This document shows, one piece after another, positions 34,550-42,417 of a stretch of 64,000 nucleotides of DNA; position 1 is the first letter of the stretch; each line of letters opens with the position of its first letter. The DNA lies in assembly GCA_947573795.1 (NCBI GenBank), contig CANPHE010000001.1:40112-104111 (forward strand). Direction: 5' to 3'. The notes beneath the pieces were generated by a model, which saw only the letters and a list, made by a program, of their open reading frames with translations, did not search any database and was not told where the DNA came from. The position numbers and the translations under genes were made by a program. Source of the DNA: an uncultured Alistipes sp. (GTDB lineage Bacteria; Bacteroidota; Bacteroidia; Bacteroidales; Rikenellaceae).

Positions 34550-36418
34550 ATGAAAAAAACGTTACTATACGTGCTGTCGCTCGCCTCGGTCGTATTCGCG
34601 GGTTGCAACTACCTCGACGTGGACCCTGAAACGGGTCTCGACGAGAATCAGGTGTTTACCACCTGGAACAACTTCAAGGCCTATTTCAACAATGCTTACG
34701 AAGGTCGTGTGGGACAGAAGAGCAGCGGCGAGAATATCAATATCAAATTGGGATATTCCATGTATATCGATCTGAACTCCAGGCGTTTCACGTGGTATAC
34801 CCTGACCGATATGGCCGATGCGGGGCGTTGGCTGCGCGCCCAGCAGATCAAGGCCGGGGCGCTGGGTGCCAACGTCTCCGAGTGGACGACCAATACCAGC
34901 CTGCGACCGATCTCCTACTCGATGTTCCGCATCATCCGCGTCTGCAACAAGTGCATCGCCAATATCGATATGGTGCAGAACGCTAAGCAGGAGGACAAGG
35001 ACGATATCATCGGCCAGGCCTATTTCGTGCGGGCCTTCGCCCATTTCACGCTCTGCCGCATCTTCGGCGGCATGCCCTATCTGGACAAGGCGCTCGAAGC
35101 CGACGATAACTGGGACATGACGCGCCTCTCGTCGTGGGAGACCTACGTGCGCTGCGCCGAGGACCTCGAAACGGCGTACGATTATTTCGAGAAGGCGGGA
35201 AAGATCCGCCGCGATCCGGGTCCCGGATCGGCCGGACACCTGTCGAGCAGCGATATGGCCTATCCCAACGGTGTGGCGGCCAAGGCGCTGCGGGCGCGCT
35301 GCCTCTTGTATGCGGCCAGCGAGCTGAACAACCGCAACGGCAAAGCCGACTGGGAGGATGCCGCCGCGGCTTGCGGCGAGGCGTTGCTCATCGCCCAGGC
35401 GAACGGTTACGAGATGCTGCCCTTCGCACAGTGGAGCAGTAACTTCTGGGGTGCCAAGTATACCAACGAACATATTTGGGCGTGGGATTACGGCAGCAAT
35501 ACGATCAACTCTACGAACTGGTCGGCGACCTTCGCCTATCCCATTTCGAACTATACGAACGCCAGCGGCGACTGCCCGACGCAGAATTTCGTCGACCGCT
35601 TCGAGACCCTCGCGGGCGATCCGCTGCGGACCGAGGCCGAACGGCGCGAAGCCGCCGCTGCGGGGAACTACAACGAACAGGACCCCTATTCGAACCGCGA
35701 CCCGCGCCTGGACAAGACGATCATCCACGACGGCAGTATCGTGACGGGCTGCACCACCGGAATCAACATCTACTACGATCCGGATAGCGGTACTTATCCC
35801 ACCACGAGACTCAACTCCAACTCCCGCTCGTTCGGCATCGCCTGGAGTTCGAACGACGCGAAGGGATATTCCAACACGGGATATTACTGCAACAAGTGGT
35901 GGAACGGCATTCTGGGCAGCGGTTCGAACAAATACCAGCGTACGGACCCGCTGATCCGCATGGCGGAGCTCTACCTCAACTATGCCGAGGCGGTCAACGA
36001 AGCCTACGGTCCGCAGGGTGCGGCCGGAGGATGCTCCCTGACGGCGCTCGCCGCCGTGAACGAGGTGCGCAACCGTGCCGGCATGCCCGACGTGCAGAGC
36101 CGTTTCACGGGCAACGCCGATCTGCTGCGCGAGCGCATCCGCAACGAACGCTGCGTCGAGCTGGCCTTCGAGGGACACCACTATTACCACGACATCCGCC
36201 GTTGGAAGATCGCGCCGCAGACCATGACCGAGACGCTCATGGGCATGTATATCGAGAAGACGCCCGTGTCGGCCGAGTATCCGCGCGGACGCCGCTACAT
36301 ACGCCGCGCCATTCCGGCCAACCGCCAGGCCAACTGGAAGGATGCCATGTACTATCTGCCTTTCCCGCCCGAAGAGGCCAACAAGATGAAAAACTTCGTC
36401 AACAACGAGATTTGGTAG
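34550..36418 (+). CDS. SusD/RagB-family nutrient-binding lipoprotein (pair 1)
   Basis: 622 aa with lipobox VVFAGC and the motifs RAFAHFTLCRIFGGMPY and ELAFEGHHYYHDIRRW. Confidence 0.95.
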   Translation: MKKTLLYVLSLASVVFAGCNYLDVDPETGLDENQVFTTWNNFKAYFNNAYEGRVGQKSSGENINIKLGYSMYIDLNSRRFTWYTLTDMADAGRWLRAQQIKAGALGANVSEWTTNTSLRPISYSMFRIIRVCNKCIANIDMVQNAKQEDKDDIIGQAYFVRAFAHFTLCRIFGGMPYLDKALEADDNWDMTRLSSWETYVRCAEDLETAYDYFEKAGKIRRDPGPGSAGHLSSSDMAYPNGVAAKALRARCLLYAASELNNRNGKADWEDAAAACGEALLIAQANGYEMLPFAQWSSNFWGAKYTNEHIWAWDYGSNTINSTNWSATFAYPISNYTNASGDCPTQNFVDRFETLAGDPLRTEAERREAAAAGNYNEQDPYSNRDPRLDKTIIHDGSIVTGCTTGINIYYDPDSGTYPTTRLNSNSRSFGIAWSSNDAKGYSNTGYYCNKWWNGILGSGSNKYQRTDPLIRMAELYLNYAEAVNEAYGPQGAAGGCSLTALAAVNEVRNRAGMPDVQSRFTGNADLLRERIRNERCVELAFEGHHYYHDIRRWKIAPQTMTETLMGMYIEKTPVSAEYPRGRRYIRRAIPANRQANWKDAMYYLPFPPEEANKMKNFVNNEIW

Positions 36419-36439
36419 AAACCTTCACTGTGAACGATC

Positions 36440-39313
36440 ATGAAAAGCTATCATAAATTATTGATACACGCGACGTCGTTGTGCTCCCTGCTCGCTGCGG
36501 GGGCCGCGGGCGTCTCCGAGCGGACGACCCGGCCGGACGAAGCACCGGCCGACTCGACGATCCGTGCCGAACGTCCTCTGCGGCTGCTCCAGCAGCTCGA
36601 CATGCCCTATGCGACTTCGCTTGCCCGGCCGCTTTCGACGGGTAGCGCGGCGACCTATTACGAACAGGATGCGGAGAAGTATCCGACCAACGATTTCCGC
36701 AATTCGCTTACGGGCGTCATCGCCGGACTGGCCGTGAAGGAGAAGAACGGTTCGCCGGGCATCAGCTACGCCGCTTCGACGGTGCGTGCCGAACTCTCCG
36801 TGCGCGGACTGGCCCCCACGTGGGTCGTCGACGGCATGCCGGCCGATATCAGCCAGCTGCAACTCGACCCCGAGGAGATCGAGAGCATGACGCTCGTGCG
36901 CGACATCGCCGATAAGGCGCTGTTCGGCTCGCGGGCGGCCAACGGCGTGCTGAACGTCACGACCCGGCGCGGCTCGACCCAGGGGCGCCGCATCCGCGTG
37001 GGATTCGAAGGCGGCGTCAGCGTCGTGGACCGCTTCCCGGAGTGGGTGGGCGGCGTGGAGTATGCGCGGTTGCAGAACCAGGCGCGCATCAACAGCGGCT
37101 ATATGCCTCTCTACACCAACGAGGCGCTCGCTGCCTACGCCCGCAAGGACCCCAACGACCTGCAATACCCCAATGTCGACTATCGGTCGATGATGTTGCA
37201 GGATACGAAGCCTTACTACAAGGCCAATATCTCGCTCGACGGCGGCAACCGAAAGTTGCAATACAGCTCCTATTTCGGTTATGCGGGCGAGGGTGACATC
37301 TACAAGGTCGGCGAGAAGGCCGATTTCAACCGCCTGACCGTGCGCACCTACCTCAAGGCGGCCGTGACGCGCGACCTGTCGATCGACTTCGGATTCGCCG
37401 GAGGGCTGACTTTCCGCCGTTCGCCCCGCTACGGTTACGGCAGCTCGGCGACCTCGGAGTTCGACAACGTGCTCTCCGACCTGCGTACCGTTCCGGCGAT
37501 CGCCTTCCCGCTGGTCGTCTCGCACGACGAGGAGACCGGCAACCGCATCTACGGCGTGAGCTCGACCTACAAGGACAACCCCTATGCGTCGCTCACCGAG
37601 AACGGATTCTACACCGACCGCGGCCGTTCGGGCCGGGTCAACGCCTCGGTCGTCTACGACCTGGGGGCGGTGGTCAAGGGGCTGAAGTTCCAGTCCTACG
37701 TCGGTCTGGACCTCTTCAACATGACCCGCATCGGCAAGAACCCCGACTATATGGCCGAGATTTACGATCCGCTGACCGATACGCGGATCAAGAGTTCGCA
37801 CGAGGGTGCGCAGGTCTCGGGTAAGTCGAACATGGGCAAATGGACCGGGCAGGGGCTCTACCTGCACGAGCGTCTGAGCTACGAATACCGCGACGAGAAC
37901 CACCGTGTGGGGGCTTCGGCCACCTGGTGGCTGGAGTCGGCCGACCGTTCGAGCCAGAGCTTCCGCGAGCGTCAGCAGACCCTCGTCGGGACGGTCGATT
38001 ACGCCTTCCGCGACAAATACCTGTTCCAGGCCGTGGTCAACTACTCCGGTTCGGCGATGTTCCGCCGCGGCAAGCGCTTCGGCACCTTCCCTTCGTTCGG
38101 CGTAGCGTGGGTGCTCTCCAAGGAGGGATTCATGCGGGATGTCCGATGGATCGATCTGCTCAAAATCCGCGCCCAGGCCGGTGTGATGGGCCACGATACG
38201 TTCGGTTCGCAGGAGTACTACGAGAGCTACTACACCAAGAGCAAAGGCATTCTTTTCGGTCCCTATACCACGGGTTATCAGTGGCTCGGTTCGACGAATA
38301 CCTACCAGTCCTACGTCAACACCATCTCCCGGCTGGGCAATGCCGATCTGACGTGGGAGAAACGGCGCGAGACGACCGTGGGTATCGACGCGTTGCTGTT
38401 CGGAGGCCGTCTCTCGCTCGAAGCCAGCTACTACAACGCCCTGCGCGACGGCATCATCACCGAGGTGAACTCCTCGCTGCCGGGCATCTACGGCATGGAC
38501 GGGGTGAGCACCTACGAAAACTACAACAAGATTCGCTACCGCGGTGCCGAAGTGGCGCTCTACTGGTCGGATCGTGTGGGAGAGTTGCGCTACTCGGTCG
38601 GCGGTTGGGTCGCCTTCAACCGGGGCAAATATCTCCGTTACAACGAGAACGTGAATTACGACTATCAGCGTGTGACGGGTACGGCGGTCGGTTCGTATAG
38701 AGGGTATGTTTGTTTGGGAAAATTTGCCTCGCAGGAAGAGATCGACACGTCGCCCCGTCAACTTTTCGATGACCGGACGCAGATCGGCGACCTCAAATAC
38801 GCCGACCTGAACGACGACGGCCTGATCGACAGCAACGATCAGCGGGTCGTCGGGAATACGTCACCCAAGGCCGATTATGCCGTGAGCATCGACCTGCACT
38901 ACCGCAATTTCGACCTTTCGGTCGTAGGTACGGGCCGTGCGGGATTCGACACGGCCCTGACGAACGCCTATTTCTGGAACGGCTGGGGCACGGACGGCAT
39001 CTCGACTTTCGTGCGCGACAACATCGGCGGCGACTATCCGCGTCTCTCCTATGTCAAGGCGACCAACAATTTCCAGGCCTCGGATTTCTGGCTCCGCAAG
39101 GGCGGATTCTTCAAGATTCAGAACATCGAGCTGGGTTACAACCTGCGTTTCGGCAAGCGATCGGCCGTCAAAGGCATGCGTGTCTTCGTGCGCGGCGCCA
39201 ACCTCTGGACGATCAGCGGAATCGAGGAGGTCGATCCCGAGAACATCGATGCCGGCGTGACGACCTATCCGCTCTATCGGACCTTCACGGCCGGATTCAA
39301 ACTCACCTTCTAA
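36440..39313 (+). CDS. SusC-like TonB-dependent transporter (pair 2), lacking the carboxypeptidase-regulatory-like N-domain
   Basis: 957 aa. The plug begins soon after the signal region (SLTGVIAGLAVKEKNGSPG...VRGLAPTWVVDGMP). The barrel ends ...TAGFKLTF. Confidence 0.9.
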   Translation: MKSYHKLLIHATSLCSLLAAGAAGVSERTTRPDEAPADSTIRAERPLRLLQQLDMPYATSLARPLSTGSAATYYEQDAEKYPTNDFRNSLTGVIAGLAVKEKNGSPGISYAASTVRAELSVRGLAPTWVVDGMPADISQLQLDPEEIESMTLVRDIADKALFGSRAANGVLNVTTRRGSTQGRRIRVGFEGGVSVVDRFPEWVGGVEYARLQNQARINSGYMPLYTNEALAAYARKDPNDLQYPNVDYRSMMLQDTKPYYKANISLDGGNRKLQYSSYFGYAGEGDIYKVGEKADFNRLTVRTYLKAAVTRDLSIDFGFAGGLTFRRSPRYGYGSSATSEFDNVLSDLRTVPAIAFPLVVSHDEETGNRIYGVSSTYKDNPYASLTENGFYTDRGRSGRVNASVVYDLGAVVKGLKFQSYVGLDLFNMTRIGKNPDYMAEIYDPLTDTRIKSSHEGAQVSGKSNMGKWTGQGLYLHERLSYEYRDENHRVGASATWWLESADRSSQSFRERQQTLVGTVDYAFRDKYLFQAVVNYSGSAMFRRGKRFGTFPSFGVAWVLSKEGFMRDVRWIDLLKIRAQAGVMGHDTFGSQEYYESYYTKSKGILFGPYTTGYQWLGSTNTYQSYVNTISRLGNADLTWEKRRETTVGIDALLFGGRLSLEASYYNALRDGIITEVNSSLPGIYGMDGVSTYENYNKIRYRGAEVALYWSDRVGELRYSVGGWVAFNRGKYLRYNENVNYDYQRVTGTAVGSYRGYVCLGKFASQEEIDTSPRQLFDDRTQIGDLKYADLNDDGLIDSNDQRVVGNTSPKADYAVSIDLHYRNFDLSVVGTGRAGFDTALTNAYFWNGWGTDGISTFVRDNIGGDYPRLSYVKATNNFQASDFWLRKGGFFKIQNIELGYNLRFGKRSAVKGMRVFVRGANLWTISGIEEVDPENIDAGVTTYPLYRTFTAGFKLTF

Positions 39314-39326
39314 TCGAAAGCGAACT

Positions 39327-41081
39327 ATGAAAAGATTATACCTGCTGCTGCTCGCATTGCCGCTCGCAAGTTGTTCCGATTTTCTCGATCCGCTGCCCAA
39401 CGGACACTATACGGACGAAAATCTGACGGATTTCCCGTCGATGATCCGCGGCTATGTGGAGAAAAGCTACGATTTGCTGCCTACGGGCTATTCGGCCGTC
39501 GAATACATCTATCTCGACGGGGCGACGGACGATGCCGTCATCACCTCGCAGACGCACAACATGCGCCGCTTCGCCGTAGGTTCGGGAACCCCGGCCAGCG
39601 ACCCTTTCCGAACCTACTGGATTCGCGACTATAAGGGTATCATGTATGTCAACCGGTTTCTGAAGGACGACCTGGGACTCAACACCCGCTACATGATCAA
39701 CAACGAACAGAACAAGCGTCTGCAACGCGCGCTTCAGGGCGATGCGCTGGCGCTGAGGGCCTGGTACCAGTTCGATCTGCTGCGCAAGTGGGGCGGCAAA
39801 GGCACCGACGGGCGTCTGTTGGGATTCCCGATCGTCACCGAACCCGTCGACATTTTCAACGCCGACGCCGCGACGTTCGAGCGTGCGACTTACGACGAAT
39901 GCGTCGCGCAGATTCTCGAAGATTGCGATGCGGCGCTGGAGTATCTCCCCGAGGCCAACCGCGACGATCTTGCAGAGGATATCACCATCGAGGGCGCCGT
40001 GCGCTGGCACCGCTTCGACGGCGTGGCCGTGAAGGCGCTCAAAGCGCTGGTTTATCTCCAGTGGGCATCGCCCGCCTTCAACCCGCAGAACGACGAGACC
40101 CGTTGGCGCGAGGCGGCTCGCTATGCCGCCGAGGTGATGGATTTCAAACTCGGGCACGATGCGGCCCGCGGGTTCGATCCCACGGCTGCCGTCGACTGGA
40201 CCGATCCCAACAGCCCCGAGATCATCTGGTCGTCGGACTACGTGAAAGGCAGTACGATGGAGAATCTGCTCTATCCCAACGGATTCCTCGGAACGGGCGG
40301 TGTCGGTCCCACGCAGAATCTCGTCGATGCCTTCCCTGCGGCTAACGGTTATCCGATCGACCGAGCCGAGGCTTCCTACGATGCGAAGAACCCCTACGAA
40401 AACCGCGATCCGCGTTTCTACGGGACGATTTTCCACCACGGTGCCACGGTACGCCGCATTACCAACAACGAGGTGATGTATACGTTCGATACGTCGGTCG
40501 GCGGGCGCGACGAGGCTGGCGGCGTGAACAACTCGATGACGAACTATTACCTGCGCAAGTATATCTATTTGGGTTGGAACAAGTCCGACGACAAGCTCCA
40601 GACGATGCCCAAGTCGATCTTCTACCTGCGCTGGACGCAGATGTGCCTGGCCTTCGCCGAGGCGGCGAACCGCGTGTCGGGCCCCACGCAGGAGCTTTTC
40701 GGCCATACGCCCAAGGAGGCGATCGCCTATCTGCGCAACCGCACGGCGCCGGACGGCCGTCCGGGAGTCGGAGTCGGGGGCGATCCCTACCTCGACGAGT
40801 GCGCGGCCGCCGGAGCCGAGGCGTTCGAGAAGCTGGTGCGCAACGAGCGGCGTATCGAACTCTGCTTCGAGGGGCAGCGTTTCTACGACCTGCGCCGCTG
40901 GGCGACGAGCGTCGGGGACCTCAACGAGGCGGTTCGCAAACCCGTGATCTCCACCGCCGGAATCTCTTACGACGAGGTCGAATCGCGTAATTTCGAATCG
41001 CTCTATGTCCCCATTCCCTATACGGAAATGGTCCGCATGAAGAAGATGGTTCAGAACGAGGGTTGGTCCAACTGGGAATAG
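39327..41081 (+). CDS. SusD/RagB-family nutrient-binding lipoprotein (pair 2)
   Basis: 584 aa with lipobox LPLASC and the motifs ALRAWYQFDLLRKWGG and ELCFEGQRFYDLRRW. Confidence 0.95.
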   Translation: MKRLYLLLLALPLASCSDFLDPLPNGHYTDENLTDFPSMIRGYVEKSYDLLPTGYSAVEYIYLDGATDDAVITSQTHNMRRFAVGSGTPASDPFRTYWIRDYKGIMYVNRFLKDDLGLNTRYMINNEQNKRLQRALQGDALALRAWYQFDLLRKWGGKGTDGRLLGFPIVTEPVDIFNADAATFERATYDECVAQILEDCDAALEYLPEANRDDLAEDITIEGAVRWHRFDGVAVKALKALVYLQWASPAFNPQNDETRWREAARYAAEVMDFKLGHDAARGFDPTAAVDWTDPNSPEIIWSSDYVKGSTMENLLYPNGFLGTGGVGPTQNLVDAFPAANGYPIDRAEASYDAKNPYENRDPRFYGTIFHHGATVRRITNNEVMYTFDTSVGGRDEAGGVNNSMTNYYLRKYIYLGWNKSDDKLQTMPKSIFYLRWTQMCLAFAEAANRVSGPTQELFGHTPKEAIAYLRNRTAPDGRPGVGVGGDPYLDECAAAGAEAFEKLVRNERRIELCFEGQRFYDLRRWATSVGDLNEAVRKPVISTAGISYDEVESRNFESLYVPIPYTEMVRMKKMVQNEGWSNWE

Positions 41082-41117
41082 GTTTCGACGATTATACACG
41101 ATATTAAACGGAAGAAT

Positions 41118-42167
41118 ATGAAAAAGATCATAGCAACCCTGCTGCTTTCGGCGTCGCTCGTTTCCTGCTACGACGAGTATGTCAAGGATTACGAATACAG
41201 CGGAGTATACATCGCCTATCAGTACGATCTGCGTACGTTCGTGGTGGGCGAGGGAATGAAATTCGAGATCGGCACCGTGCTGTCGGGCGTGCTGTCGAAC
41301 GATCGCGACCGTTCGGTCTACTACACGTTCGACGACGAGTTGGTGACCGGCAATCTGGCCCCCTACAACGGGCTCGACGAACTGGGCCAGGCCTCGGCGC
41401 CTTTCACGGCCTTCGAGGTCATGAGCGGAGCCTCGACCTCGGGTACCGTGAGCCAGAGTTATGTTACCGAAGCCGTGAAGGCGAGCAAGATCGCGAATCT
41501 CACGCCGCTGCCCCGCGAGTATTTCACGGTGGACCGGGAACAGAAATTCACCCTCGCGCGGGGGCGTCACTCCGCGACGGTCGAGATCAAGGCCGATTCC
41601 CTCGCGCTGCTCTCCGACGAACACGTCGGTCCGCTGCCTTACTATGCGCTCGGGTATCGCATCACGAGCGCCGATGCGGATACGGTGCTCTTTTCGAAGT
41701 CGTTCGAGGTGATCGCCGTGCGTTATGAAAACATGCTGTTCGGAAACTGGTACCACGGCGGCGAGACCTCCGTGGTCGATGCTACGGGACGGGTGCTCTC
41801 GTCGGAGGTCTATCCGACGGCGGTTCCCTCCGACGAGGGTACGCACGGCGTCTATACGCTGACGACCGTGGCGCCGAACGCCCTGACGGCCGACTGGATC
41901 GGCACGCGGGAGGGGAAAATCCGCCTGACGCTCGACGGCGACAACATCCGTGTCGAGAACGCCGCGGCGAACGGTCAGCCGATCGAGGACCTCGGCAGCA
42001 GCTTCAACCGCGCCCGTCTGTTGCAGAACCGCAAATTGTTCCTCCACTACCGCTATTCCAACGGCGACGATACCTTCACGGTGGTGCGCGACACGCTTAC
42101 GTTCCGCAACCGCATTCGCGACGGCATCAACGAGTGGCAGGACGAAAATCCGGAGCACTACGAATAA
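41118..42167 (+). CDS. PUL-associated surface lipoprotein (DUF1735/DUF4361-like; family not verified)
   Basis: 349 aa with lipobox SASLVSC. It lies immediately downstream of the SusD gene, as is typical for accessory glycan-binding lipoproteins. Confidence 0.7.
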   Translation: MKKIIATLLLSASLVSCYDEYVKDYEYSGVYIAYQYDLRTFVVGEGMKFEIGTVLSGVLSNDRDRSVYYTFDDELVTGNLAPYNGLDELGQASAPFTAFEVMSGASTSGTVSQSYVTEAVKASKIANLTPLPREYFTVDREQKFTLARGRHSATVEIKADSLALLSDEHVGPLPYYALGYRITSADADTVLFSKSFEVIAVRYENMLFGNWYHGGETSVVDATGRVLSSEVYPTAVPSDEGTHGVYTLTTVAPNALTADWIGTREGKIRLTLDGDNIRVENAAANGQPIEDLGSSFNRARLLQNRKLFLHYRYSNGDDTFTVVRDTLTFRNRIRDGINEWQDENPEHYE

Positions 42168-42197
42168 CACTCGCTTCTCCGCCGGATAATATCCGAG

Positions 42198-42240
42198 GAA
42201 CGCCCGCAAACATTCGGTTTGCGGGCGTTCGTCCGTTTTC
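42198..42240. terminator. 14-bp-stem hairpin between convergent genes
   Basis: The stem pairs gaacgcccgcaaac (42198-42211) with gtttgcgggcgttc (42217-42230), followed by gtccgtttt. Confidence 0.6.
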
Positions 42241-42417
42241 GGGGTGCTTCCCCAGTTCCGGCCTTGCGGCGTTTATTTAGCCGGTTTTCGGCCGAGGCTT
42301 CGCGGTCCACTGAAAAAGGGACCCGCCACGGGACCGTATTAGGTATCACTGTCTCTCGCGGCGGGTCCGCAGCCGGAAGAGGCGCTTCCGGGCGAAGGGT
42401 GAATTATTGCATCGTTT

